The notes beneath the pieces are model-generated. The model was given only the letters and a program-made list of their open reading frames with translations. It did no database searches and was not told where the DNA came from. Below, piece by piece: positions 1 through 9,520 of a DNA stretch of 64,000 nucleotides. Source of the stretch: a virus. The stretch's first letter is position 1. Each line of letters begins with the position of its first letter. Made by a program: the position numbers and the translations under genes. The stretch spans positions 1 to 64,000 of the IMG/VR virus record IMGVR_UViG_3300022074_000006, one strand, 5' to 3'.

Positions 1-37
1 CTGTATTTCTGTATTTCTGTATTTCTGTATTTCTGTA
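1..37. repeat. Tandem 8-bp repeat (CTGTATTT)x4 plus partial CTGTA, truncated by the window start
   Basis: Read directly from positions 1-37. The unit is not a multiple of 3. Confidence 0.95.
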
Positions 38-107
38 ATCAGTTAACAGATATCTAGTAATTGTGTTCCCTTATTATTAGAATACCTTCCTCATTTTAAA
101 TGTTTAA

Positions 108-136
108 TTGAACAAAAAAAAATGTTCACGTATTGT
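108..136 (+). promoter_or_regulatory. Candidate sigma70-type promoter for the glycan island, overlapped by an inverted repeat
   Basis: TTGAAC(108-113)-17 nt-TATTGT(131-136). TGAACA-A8-TGTTCA inverted repeat at 109-128. Confidence 0.45.
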
Positions 137-193
137 ATTAAAGTTCCCTTCGCACAGCTCTAGAGCTATAGTTTTAAATTTCAGAGGTTTTTT

Positions 194-2116
194 ATGTTCG
201 ATCAAAATCATTTTGGTGAAAGCCAAGTTCCAAAAATAGAAGAAGATACTCAAGTTATCTTTGTAGCGGATTTTTTCGTAGAAGATATTCAGGGAGGAGC
301 CGAACTTACAACAGAGGCTTTGATTAAAAAGGCTCCTGTCAAGGTCCAGAAAATTAAGTCTACTCAGCTGAGTCTCAATATTTTAGAGCAGGGACAAGAC
401 TGTTTTTGGATATTTTGTAATTATGCGGGGATGGACCCACAACTGATACCCACAATTGTAACGAATATCAAATATTCGATAGTTGAATATGACTATAAGT
501 TTTGTGCTTTCAGGTCTATAGAAAAACACAAAGCTGAAACTGGAAATGAATGCAATTGTCACAACGAACCCATAGGAAAGATGGTTTCTGCTTTTATGTA
601 CGGAGCAAAATCAGTCTGGTTCATGTCGGAAAAACAGCATTCACTCTACATAGAAAAATTTCCTTTTCTTTCTGAAGTAGACTCAACTGTGCTAAGCAGT
701 ACATTTTCAGACGAAGCATTCGCTGCGATGAACGTTCTAAGAGACAAGTACCTAGGTAAAAAGAATGACAAGTGGCTTGTTCTGGGATCTACTAGTTGGA
801 TAAAAGGGACAGACAATGCTATAGCTTGGTGCAAGGAAAACAATCATGAATACGAAATTCTAGAAAACCTGTCTCATGGTGAATGTCTCGAGAAGCTAGC
901 ACAGTCAAAAGGTTTAGTTTTTCTTCCAAAGGGTGGCGATACATGTCCTAGAATAACAATCGAAGCAAAAATGCTGGGATGTGAACTGCACTTAAACGAA
1001 AACGTTCAGCACAAAGACGAAGAGTGGTTTGCTACTAGTGATACTTTAACTTTTGAGTCCTATTTGTACGCTGCTCGAGATGTGTTCTGGAATGGTATAA
1101 TTGAAAAAATAAGCTGGTCTCCAACGATTTCTGGCTACACAACCACAAAAGATTGCATCGAGCATGCTTATCCCTGGAAACAATCTATAGAATCGATGCT
1201 TGGATTTTGTGACGAAGTAATAGTAATGGATGGAGGGTCTGCAGATGGAACATATGAAAAGTTAATAGAGTGGGCTTCCAAAGAAGAAAAGCTTAAAGTT
1301 TTTCAAGCAAAGAGAGATTGGAACCATCCAAGATTTGCCGTCTATGATGGAGCACAAAAAGCACTTGCTAGAAGTAAATGTACTATGGATTTTTGCTGGC
1401 AGATGGATGCTGACGAAGTAGTTCATGAAGAAGATTACGACAAAGTCAAAAGTTTGATCAAGAAATTTCCAGGCCAAGTTGATCTAGTTTCTCTTCCGGT
1501 CATAGAGTATTGGGGATCTCCATCAAAAGTTAGAATGGATATAACACCATGGAAATGGAGACTAAGTAGAAACATGCCTACTTTTACGCACGGGATTCCT
1601 AAAGAGCTTAGACTTGAGGATGAAAATGAACAGCTTTACGCCTCTTTGGGGACAGATGGTTGTGACTATGTAGACAGCGAAAATTATGAAAGAATTCCTC
1701 ATGCTTCTTTTTACACTCATGAAGCTGATGACATGCGAATGAAAGCGCTTCAGGGCAACAATGAAGCGATGAAAAACTACGAGGAATGGTTTAACAGGGC
1801 AGTCGACATGCTTCCCTGCGTCCATCATTACTCATGGATAGATATTCCTAGAAAAATAAGAACCTACAAGAATTACTGGTCACAGCATTGGCAGAGCTTG
1901 TACAATATTGAACAGGAAGACACCCCGGAGAACAACATGTTTTTCGACAAAAAGTGGAGTAATGTCACAGATTCGGAAATAAAAAAGCTGGGAGAAAAAC
2001 TAGCTTCGGAAATGGGAGGCTGGATTTTTCATGACAAGGTCGACTTTTCTAGAAAGACTCCTCACATAACTGTAAAAAGAGAGCAACCTCAGATTATGGT
2101 TAATAATAAAAAATGA
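194..2116 (+). CDS. Two-domain glycosyltransferase (N-terminal GT-B/GT4-like, C-terminal GT-A/GT2-like)
   Basis: N-half has DTCPRITIEAKMLGCEL (GT4-type donor-binding helix). C-half has FCDEVIVMDGGSADGT and WQMDADEVVHE (GT2 DxD). Confidence 0.8.
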   Translation: MFDQNHFGESQVPKIEEDTQVIFVADFFVEDIQGGAELTTEALIKKAPVKVQKIKSTQLSLNILEQGQDCFWIFCNYAGMDPQLIPTIVTNIKYSIVEYDYKFCAFRSIEKHKAETGNECNCHNEPIGKMVSAFMYGAKSVWFMSEKQHSLYIEKFPFLSEVDSTVLSSTFSDEAFAAMNVLRDKYLGKKNDKWLVLGSTSWIKGTDNAIAWCKENNHEYEILENLSHGECLEKLAQSKGLVFLPKGGDTCPRITIEAKMLGCELHLNENVQHKDEEWFATSDTLTFESYLYAARDVFWNGIIEKISWSPTISGYTTTKDCIEHAYPWKQSIESMLGFCDEVIVMDGGSADGTYEKLIEWASKEEKLKVFQAKRDWNHPRFAVYDGAQKALARSKCTMDFCWQMDADEVVHEEDYDKVKSLIKKFPGQVDLVSLPVIEYWGSPSKVRMDITPWKWRLSRNMPTFTHGIPKELRLEDENEQLYASLGTDGCDYVDSENYERIPHASFYTHEADDMRMKALQGNNEAMKNYEEWFNRAVDMLPCVHHYSWIDIPRKIRTYKNYWSQHWQSLYNIEQEDTPENNMFFDKKWSNVTDSEIKKLGEKLASEMGGWIFHDKVDFSRKTPHITVKREQPQIMVNNKK

Positions 2117-2925
2117 GTTTAGAAAAACTTGAAAAAGAACTAGAGAGACTCAAGAGCCTGAGAGATCAAAATCACTGGGAAACTACCAGAAACCCTGTCA
2201 ACTTTGAAAAAAGAAGAATAGACACTCCTTTGGGTGTTCGAACTGCTTGGATTCCCAAAGATGATCTTCACAATAAAGATTTGCAGTCATCTAGATCTGT
2301 GTCCATGAGGGATGTAGAAACGATAGAAGATTTAGAGGCTGGATATGAAGTGGGAATGACTTTAACACACACAGATTATTTAAGGGCAGAAGAAATAGAT
2401 GAGTGTGTGCACACATGGAATAAATTTAAAGATCAAATCGGTCTAGATGAATTCATACCGCTAGGAATGTGTGAAATAGGTTTTCGTTACCCAAGATTGA
2501 TTGAGTTTTATTCTAAAAAGTACAAAATAAATACAGCTGGATACGATATATCAACCCTAGCTGTTGAGTTTGGAAAATCAAAAAACTACAATGTCCATGA
2601 GTGCGATCTAAACAATCTAGACACAAAACCGATAGAGCTGAAAGATTCCAACATTGTATGCATGTATCACGTTTTGGAGCATGTCAAAAACCCAATTAGC
2701 ACACTAAAATACTTGTTCGACTTGATGTCAAGCAAGACATTTTTTCACATAGAGGTCCCCATAGAAGGTGAAAATCCTCAGGTTGAGTTTGGTCACTTGT
2801 TTGGATTTCACCCGGGTGATCTAGCTAAGATGTGTCAAGCTGTAGGTTTTACTGTCTTTTCTGTAGTTCAAAAAAACATAGCGGGAGCTATACAAATAGA
2901 AAGAGTTGGATGTATTAAAAAATGA
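2113..2925 (+). CDS. Class I SAM-dependent methyltransferase
   Basis: CEIGFRYP motif I variant, GYDIS, MYHVLEHVKNP motif. ATGA overlap with the upstream gene. Confidence 0.7.
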   Translation: MSLEKLEKELERLKSLRDQNHWETTRNPVNFEKRRIDTPLGVRTAWIPKDDLHNKDLQSSRSVSMRDVETIEDLEAGYEVGMTLTHTDYLRAEEIDECVHTWNKFKDQIGLDEFIPLGMCEIGFRYPRLIEFYSKKYKINTAGYDISTLAVEFGKSKNYNVHECDLNNLDTKPIELKDSNIVCMYHVLEHVKNPISTLKYLFDLMSSKTFFHIEVPIEGENPQVEFGHLFGFHPGDLAKMCQAVGFTVFSVVQKNIAGAIQIERVGCIKK

Positions 2926-3644
2926 GCAATAAGTTTGTCTTTATCATGCCTGCCTATAATGCGGAAAAAACTATCGGAAGAGCGATCGGATCTGTTGCGT
3001 TTCAGACTTATTCAAACTGGAAAATTTTAATTAGAGATGATATGTCGACTGACGACACATTGCTCGAAATAGAAAAAGTAAAGAAAAAGTTCAATATACC
3101 TGAAGATAAGATTTCTATCAAGTCTAATACAGAGAAAAAGTGGGAAGTAGCAAACATAATTGACTGTCTAGAAGAAGCCAGCTCCGGAGATATTATATGC
3201 AGACTAGACGCCGATGATTGGCTTAGTGACTGTGACGCTCTCTCTATTATCAATAGCAGGTACGAAACTCTAGGAGTTAGTGTTTTGTGGACTGCTCATA
3301 GATGGGACTTTTCACACCAGAACATATCAGGACCTCTTCCAAAAGGTGCAGATCCCTATAGACACCCATGGGTTAGTTCTCACCTCAAGACATTTAGAAA
3401 GTTTTTAATTGAAGGTGTCAAAGATGAGAACTTTAGAAATCAAAACGGAGAATACTTTAAGAGAATAGGCGATCAGGCAATCTATCTGCCTGTTCTTCAC
3501 CGTTCAGCTGGAAATTGGCATTTCGAACCTTTTGTTGCATATCACTACACCATAGATATGTCTCCTGAGACTTTTCAAACAGATGATGCAAAATTCCAAA
3601 AGTCAGAAGCAGATTTTTTAAGAGAAAGAGGGTTTATCAAATAA
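2922..3644 (+). CDS. Glycosyltransferase family 2
   Basis: FIMPAYNAEKTIGRAIGSVAFQTYSNWKILIRDDMSTD and RLDADDWL. Confidence 0.9.
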   Translation: MSNKFVFIMPAYNAEKTIGRAIGSVAFQTYSNWKILIRDDMSTDDTLLEIEKVKKKFNIPEDKISIKSNTEKKWEVANIIDCLEEASSGDIICRLDADDWLSDCDALSIINSRYETLGVSVLWTAHRWDFSHQNISGPLPKGADPYRHPWVSSHLKTFRKFLIEGVKDENFRNQNGEYFKRIGDQAIYLPVLHRSAGNWHFEPFVAYHYTIDMSPETFQTDDAKFQKSEADFLRERGFIK

Positions 3645-4499
3645 ATGATTATCGACAACAAAAAACCAATTGACTATTACGGTCATCTAGATAAGATTAG
3701 AGATTCGGTTGCTAAAGGAGACTATATAGGTTGGTCCTTTTCTGATTTCATGAGGCCGTTTGTTTATGAGTATCAAAAAATAGAACTAAGAGTAGACGTT
3801 GATAAAAAAAAGTCTTCTGAATACTGGTCACAAAACGCCGAGTCACTAAGTGATGAAGACTTTTTGGAGTTTTTTAACAAGACCGGCCCTGAATACAGCT
3901 CGAGCTTTGAAGAGGGATCGAAAGACTTCCATGACCTAGTAATGAACGCTAGACTGTCACAAGACTTGACGGTTTCCGAATTCCTAGGGAACGTTGGCGA
4001 GAAAACATGTTTAGAAATAGGTTTTGGCGGCGGAAGACTTCTTCAAGAGGCATGCAAAACATTTAAAATTGCAAAAGGATTAGACATTCATGAATATTTC
4101 GAAAGAACTGAAGGTATCCTGACAGAAAAAAATCTAAAAAACTTCGAACTTATAAATTGTAAAAATATGGGCAAGATAAAAACCAGTTCTGTTGACCTGG
4201 TGTATTCTTTGATAGTGATGCAGCATATCGATACAGTAGAAGAAGTCATAAACCACATAGAAAACACAAGAAGAGTTTTGAAAAAAGACGGTTTGGCAGT
4301 TTTGTATTTTGGTCTCAATAATATGTTACCAAGCGTCGGCGCACTTGAAATTTCCGGACACGAAGAGGGCGGTTACAGCATGCTTTTCAATATAGACTTT
4401 ATGTCCAAGGTCTTAGATCAAAAAAAATTAAATCCGATTGCATTAAACGTAACTGAAAATCTACGTCAGTTTTCCATTATAGCAAAGCCTACATTTTGA
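3645..4499 (+). CDS. Class I SAM-dependent methyltransferase
   Basis: CLEIGFGGGRLL motif I, GLDI, VDLVYSLIVMQHI, RRVLKKDGLAV. Confidence 0.85.
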   Translation: MIIDNKKPIDYYGHLDKIRDSVAKGDYIGWSFSDFMRPFVYEYQKIELRVDVDKKKSSEYWSQNAESLSDEDFLEFFNKTGPEYSSSFEEGSKDFHDLVMNARLSQDLTVSEFLGNVGEKTCLEIGFGGGRLLQEACKTFKIAKGLDIHEYFERTEGILTEKNLKNFELINCKNMGKIKTSSVDLVYSLIVMQHIDTVEEVINHIENTRRVLKKDGLAVLYFGLNNMLPSVGALEISGHEEGGYSMLFNIDFMSKVLDQKKLNPIALNVTENLRQFSIIAKPTF

Positions 4500-5428
4500 T
4501 GAAGATATTTTTCAATAGAGTTCCTAGGAATGAGCCCTATGGAGGAGGAAACCAGTTTCTAATTGGGATTACTTCTCTTTTAAAAATCTCCGGATTTGAA
4601 GTAGTTTACCACTTAGAAAAAGGTGTCGATCTTATTTTCATGATGGACCCGAGGCCCGGAGATATCGGGTATAGCATACAACATATATTCAACTTTAAAA
4701 AACAGTTTCCAGAAACTAAAGTCATCCACAGGGTAAATGAGTGTGACAAGAGAAAGGGGACAAACGAGATAGACGATCTTTTATTGGCCGGAATGAATCT
4801 TTCTGACCGGGTGATCTTTATCAGCGAATGGCTCAAACAGCACTTTAGAGAGAAAGGCTATAAAGAAAATAGTGATGTAATTTACAACGGGTGCAATCTA
4901 GATCATTTCTTTCCTAAGGTTAACAAGAAACCTAGCAAGAACTTAAGACTGGTTACTCACCACTGGTCTGATAACTGGATGAAAGGGTTTGATCTTTATA
5001 ACCGGCTGGATCAATATATAGCAGAAAATCCAAACTCAGGATTAGAATTTACTTACATAGGAAGGTACTTCAAAGACTACACACCTATCTCCACCAAGAT
5101 AGTGAGTCCAACATTTGGAAAAGACTTGGGTGACAAAATAAGACAACATGACGTGTACGTAACAGCCAGTAGATTTGAACCGTGTGGAATGCACCACATA
5201 GAAGGTTCAGCATCTGGCTTGCCGGTATTGTATCACAGAGATGGTGGAGGAATCAATGAGCTTTGTACCAGACACGGAATTGAATTTGATAACTTTGAAG
5301 AATTTCTACAAGCTGTCAATGTGATTAAAGATAAGAAGGAAGAGTATCAGGCAAAAATAGACTACCCTTACCTGTCTTTGGATCGATGTCTATCTGAATA
5401 TCTAAAAGTCATAAAGGAAATGGCATGA
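4499..5428 (+). CDS. Glycosyltransferase family 4 (GT-B)
   Basis: YGGGNQF N-terminal loop and SRFEPCGMHHIEGSASGLPVL. ATG at 4499 overlaps the upstream TGA (the track starts at TTG 4496). Confidence 0.85.
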   Translation: MKIFFNRVPRNEPYGGGNQFLIGITSLLKISGFEVVYHLEKGVDLIFMMDPRPGDIGYSIQHIFNFKKQFPETKVIHRVNECDKRKGTNEIDDLLLAGMNLSDRVIFISEWLKQHFREKGYKENSDVIYNGCNLDHFFPKVNKKPSKNLRLVTHHWSDNWMKGFDLYNRLDQYIAENPNSGLEFTYIGRYFKDYTPISTKIVSPTFGKDLGDKIRQHDVYVTASRFEPCGMHHIEGSASGLPVLYHRDGGGINELCTRHGIEFDNFEEFLQAVNVIKDKKEEYQAKIDYPYLSLDRCLSEYLKVIKEMA

Positions 5429-6360
5429 AAATACACTTAGAGAATGTAGACCTGAGTGCCAGGTCCGGCCCCAACTCTTTTGCAAAAAGATTGGCAGTAG
5501 AATTAACTTCTAGAGGACACTCTATTGTAGACCTTTATAATCAATCGGATGTTTCTTGTGTGTTTATCCAGAGTAATTCTTCGATACCAAATGATCATCC
5601 AAAGGTCCATCGCTTAGATGGAATATGGTTTAAGCCTGAACAGTTTGTTTCACACAACGTACAGATCAAAAAAGACTACCTCCAAAGCAGTAGAGTAATT
5701 TGGCAGTCTAACTTTGACAAAAATATGACTAATTTTCATTGGGGACCAAGACCCGGAAGTGTGATCAACAATGGAATCTCTATGGAGACTGTAGAGATTA
5801 CGAACAAAGATATTCTGAACATAAGAAAAAGTTTTGATAATGTGTTCGTTTGTTCTGCAAATTGGCACCCACAAAAGAGACTAGAGAAAAACATAGAAGC
5901 ATACAATATCATAAAGCAGAAAATCGACGGAAGCTCTGTTCTTCTAGTTTTAGGATCTCTGCCTTATGTTCAGGCAAACCAAAAAGACGTTCTCTACACG
6001 GGATCGATTACACACGAAATGTGCCTACAGACTTTTAAAGTCTCAGACTGGATGATTCACATGGCATGGTTAGATCACTGTCCCAACACAGTTGTCGAGG
6101 CTCTTTCCCAAGGGTGTCCGGTGATATGCACAGATTCCGGTGGTACACATGAAATAGTGAGAAAGAATGGCATTGTAATTCCTGAAAATATTAGGTATAA
6201 TTTTGAATTGACAGATTACGACAAACCATATGATCTTAATTTAGAAGGTTTGGAAGAAATAGACTGGTCAAAAAATATTAAGGTAGAGTCAAACTACTTA
6301 GACATAAAAAATGTTGCTGATCTTTACTTGAAAGAGTTTAGGCTGGCGTTGGGTGATTAA
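5425..6360 (+). CDS. Glycosyltransferase family 4 (GT-B)
   Basis: SGPNSFAKRL, HPQKRLE, DHCPNTVVEALSQGCPVICTDSGGTHE. Confidence 0.85.
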   Translation: MKIHLENVDLSARSGPNSFAKRLAVELTSRGHSIVDLYNQSDVSCVFIQSNSSIPNDHPKVHRLDGIWFKPEQFVSHNVQIKKDYLQSSRVIWQSNFDKNMTNFHWGPRPGSVINNGISMETVEITNKDILNIRKSFDNVFVCSANWHPQKRLEKNIEAYNIIKQKIDGSSVLLVLGSLPYVQANQKDVLYTGSITHEMCLQTFKVSDWMIHMAWLDHCPNTVVEALSQGCPVICTDSGGTHEIVRKNGIVIPENIRYNFELTDYDKPYDLNLEGLEEIDWSKNIKVESNYLDIKNVADLYLKEFRLALGD

Positions 6361-7306
6361 ATTGAAAGTTTTTGTCTTAGCACCAAAAGAAAACTGGATA
6401 TGTGATAGGTTTGTCAGCGAATGGAAAGAGAATCATCAAGAATCCATAACTGAAAACCCTCATGAGGCGGACGTTATCTGGCTTTTGGCAGACTGGTGCT
6501 GGAATCATTTGCCTCACACACTCCTTTCTACCAAGAAAGTTTTAGCTTCCGTTCATCACATTGTCCCGGAAAAGTTTGGAATAAATGAGCAGAGAGAATT
6601 CAAAGTAAGAGACAGCCTGATTGATTATTATCATGTTCCTTGTTTGAAGACTAGAGACCAAGTATCTTCTCTCACCAAAAAGCCTATTTTTTGTAATCCA
6701 TTCTGGGTGAACGGAAGTGTCTGGTCTGAAAAGAGAGATCAAAAAAAAGAACTAAGAAAAAAGTACGGAATAAAAGATGATTGCTACTTAATAGGATCTT
6801 TTCAAAGAGACACCGAAGGCCATGACTTAATCTCTCCCAAACTAGAAAAAGGCCCCGATCTTTTTTGCGACGCTGTCATAGAAAGAAGAAACAGCCGCTC
6901 AGACAAAGGAATGACTGAGGTTGAGGTTCTTTTGGCAGGATGGCGACGTCAATATGTGATGAAGAGACTAGATGACGCAAAGATAAATTACCACTATTTC
7001 GAGCTTCCAGAACTAAGTACAATCAATGATTTCTATTCCATCTTAGATCTTTATATTGTAGCTGCTAGATATGAAGGAGGCCCTCAAGCAATATTTGAGT
7101 GTGCAGAAACAAAGACGCCTATCATATCTACAGACGTAGGTGCTGCTTCTATGATTTTAAACAGAAAGTCTATATTTACTCCTGGTGAATCCTTGCTAGC
7201 AAAACCTGACACTGAGTATTGTAAAAACTCTGTTGAGAAATATTTGATGCCACAAGGATTTTCTCCCTTTGATGATTTCATGAAAAAAATTCATGAAAAA
7301 AATTAA
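6353..7306 (+). CDS. Glycosyltransferase family 4 (GT-B)
   Basis: EKGPDLF and RYEGGPQAIFECAETKTPIISTDVG. Confidence 0.85.
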   Translation: MIKLKVFVLAPKENWICDRFVSEWKENHQESITENPHEADVIWLLADWCWNHLPHTLLSTKKVLASVHHIVPEKFGINEQREFKVRDSLIDYYHVPCLKTRDQVSSLTKKPIFCNPFWVNGSVWSEKRDQKKELRKKYGIKDDCYLIGSFQRDTEGHDLISPKLEKGPDLFCDAVIERRNSRSDKGMTEVEVLLAGWRRQYVMKRLDDAKINYHYFELPELSTINDFYSILDLYIVAARYEGGPQAIFECAETKTPIISTDVGAASMILNRKSIFTPGESLLAKPDTEYCKNSVEKYLMPQGFSPFDDFMKKIHEKN

Positions 7307-7574
7307 AGAAAAACTAGTAGAGAAAGTTGAATTATATTTTTCTACAAAAATGGCTAGAAATACAAATTGGCATTCTGCGGCAGCTAGAAGAATTGCAGCA
7401 GAATTAGCAGTTTCTGCAATAGCTGAAGAATACGAAAAAGCAGAAAAAAGAAAGAGAAAAAAACGTGAAAATTTTAGTAACCGGTGTAAAAGGTGTAGTT
7501 GGAACAAAGCTTCGAAACTCTCTGGAAAAAAAGGGTCACGATGTTTTCGGTGTAGACCTGTATCACGCAGATGA
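7293..7574 (+). CDS. Small basic hypothetical protein (3' end uncertain)
   Basis: Fills the otherwise empty 7307-7464 gap and overlaps the upstream stop, but runs 110 nt into the next gene out of frame. Confidence 0.35.
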   Translation: MKKIKEKLVEKVELYFSTKMARNTNWHSAAARRIAAELAVSAIAEEYEKAEKRKRKKRENFSNRCKRCSWNKASKLSGKKGSRCFRCRPVSRR

Positions 7575-8412
7575 AAATTACGGACACGGTCTAGGAAAAC
7601 ACCCGAAAGAAAACTATTTTAGATCAGACATCGCTGAATTTAGACAAATATCAGACGTTGTCGAGCATGTCAAGCCTGATTTTGTCTACAATTGTGCAGC
7701 TGAGTTTGGGAGGTGGAACGGTGAAAACTTCTATGAAAAAGTATGGAAGTCAAACGCTATCGGAATGAAAAACATGATACGCCTTCAAGAAAAGAATGGC
7801 TTTAAGATGGTCCACTGCTCTTCTTCAGAAGTTTACGGTGACTATGAGGGGGTGATGTACGAAGATGTCATGGATGAAGTTGCTATACCTCAAATGAATG
7901 ATTACGCAATTTCTAAGTGGGTAAATGAAATGCAAATTAAAAACTCTCATGAAATGTTTGGTACTGAAACTGTGAGAGTTAGACTTTTCAACACTTACGG
8001 ACCAGGAGAATGGTTTCACCCGTTTAGAAGCGTCAACTGTGTATTTACGTATAAGCTTTTGACCGGACAACCAATAACTGTTTTTAAGGGGCATTCTAGG
8101 ACTAGTACTTACATAGAAGATTGCGTCGAAGCTCTTTCAAACATATCTTCTAATTTTAAAAATCAAGAATCTTACAACATTGCTAGTCAAACTGAACACA
8201 CTATTGAAGAATTAGCTAATTTGATTTTGAAGCATACAGGTGCTGATCCTTCCTTGGTGACTTTCAAACATCACAAAGAAATACTGACTACTACTCATAA
8301 AAAAGTTGATGCTCAAAAAGCTAGAAACGACTTAGGTATGAAAGAGACAGTTTCTCTAGAAGAAGGCGTCAAGAAAACCGTTGAATGGATGAAGAAGCAT
8401 TATGACTTGTGA
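7465..8412 (+). CDS. NAD-dependent epimerase/dehydratase (extended SDR)
   Basis: KILVTGVKGVVG, SSSEVYG, YAISK (YxxxK), RLFNTYGP. GTG start. Confidence 0.9.
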   Translation: MKILVTGVKGVVGTKLRNSLEKKGHDVFGVDLYHADENYGHGLGKHPKENYFRSDIAEFRQISDVVEHVKPDFVYNCAAEFGRWNGENFYEKVWKSNAIGMKNMIRLQEKNGFKMVHCSSSEVYGDYEGVMYEDVMDEVAIPQMNDYAISKWVNEMQIKNSHEMFGTETVRVRLFNTYGPGEWFHPFRSVNCVFTYKLLTGQPITVFKGHSRTSTYIEDCVEALSNISSNFKNQESYNIASQTEHTIEELANLILKHTGADPSLVTFKHHKEILTTTHKKVDAQKARNDLGMKETVSLEEGVKKTVEWMKKHYDL

Positions 8413-9457
8413 TGTCCTTCATGTTGTCGGAGCAAGACCAAATTTTGCTAAGATGGGGCCTGTTTTTTCTGAATTGAAAAACCTAAGAACCAAACAGGCA
8501 ATACTTCATAGTGGCCAGCATTATGACAGTAATATGTCTGATAGTTTTTTTAGAGACTTAGAGATTCCTCCTCCTGACATTGTTTTAACCTCATTTGGAT
8601 CTAATTTTAAAGAAGTCATAGAAGATATTGAGAAAAGTATTATCTCACTAGACCCAAAATTGGTTTGTGTGTACGGAGATATCAACACTACACTTTTGGC
8701 TTCTATTGCAACTAAGAAATCCGGCAAGCTTTTAGCTCATGTTGAATCAGGTCTTAGAAGTGGTGATAAAAAGATGCCTGAAGAAGTCAATAGAATTATG
8801 GTTGATGCTATAACTGACATTCATTTCGTTACAGAATCGTCTGGGGTTGAAAATTTAAAAACAGAAGGCAAGTCTGACTCTGTTTTCTTTGTTGGTAATA
8901 CAATGATAGACTCTTTGTCAAAAGAGTTAGAAAAAATAGAACACAAAGATACTTCACCTTACTATGTAGTTACCTTTCACAGACCTTCTAATGTTGACTC
9001 CAAAGAATCTTTACTGAAGGTCCTGGATATTCTATCTGAGCTAAAGGAAGAAACTTTTTGGCCAATACATCCAAGATCATTGAGCGCTCTTAAGAAATTT
9101 AGACTATTAACAAAAGCAAAAAGAATAAAGAGTCTCAAAATAATAGACCCCATGAGCTACAAAGAATTCATCAAACTAGTCAGATTCAGCAATTGCGTGA
9201 TTACAGACTCCGGAGGAATACAAGAAGAGACTACTTTTATGAGAGTTCCATGCTTGACCTACAGAGAGAACACTGAAAGACCTTCAACGGTAGACGTAGG
9301 TACAAATACACTATTTTCTACAAAAAACGAAATGATAAAAATTTTAGAAGACATAAAGAGTGGAGCCTACAAGAAAGGTAAAATACCGCCACTTTGGGAC
9401 GGAAAGTCGGGTCAAAGAATTGCGTTATCAATCAAGAAAAAACTTTTGACAATATAG
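8402..9457 (+). CDS. wecB: UDP-N-acetylglucosamine 2-epimerase (non-hydrolysing)
   Basis: VVGARPNFAKM, HSGQHYD, VYGDINTT, HVESGLRS, PEEVNR, TDSGGIQEE, RENTERP. Confidence 0.92.
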   Translation: MTCDVLHVVGARPNFAKMGPVFSELKNLRTKQAILHSGQHYDSNMSDSFFRDLEIPPPDIVLTSFGSNFKEVIEDIEKSIISLDPKLVCVYGDINTTLLASIATKKSGKLLAHVESGLRSGDKKMPEEVNRIMVDAITDIHFVTESSGVENLKTEGKSDSVFFVGNTMIDSLSKELEKIEHKDTSPYYVVTFHRPSNVDSKESLLKVLDILSELKEETFWPIHPRSLSALKKFRLLTKAKRIKSLKIIDPMSYKEFIKLVRFSNCVITDSGGIQEETTFMRVPCLTYRENTERPSTVDVGTNTLFSTKNEMIKILEDIKSGAYKKGKIPPLWDGKSGQRIALSIKKKLLTI

Positions 9458-9520
9458 CCTAATACAATTCCTGCTAGCGTCTATATTTTTTAGAGGTTTT
9501 AAATATTAAGGTAGGTATCT

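Noticed and set aside
9446-9451. Perfect TTGACA at the end of wecB as promoter for 9521
   Set aside because: There is no plausible -10 hexamer at 16-18 nt spacing.
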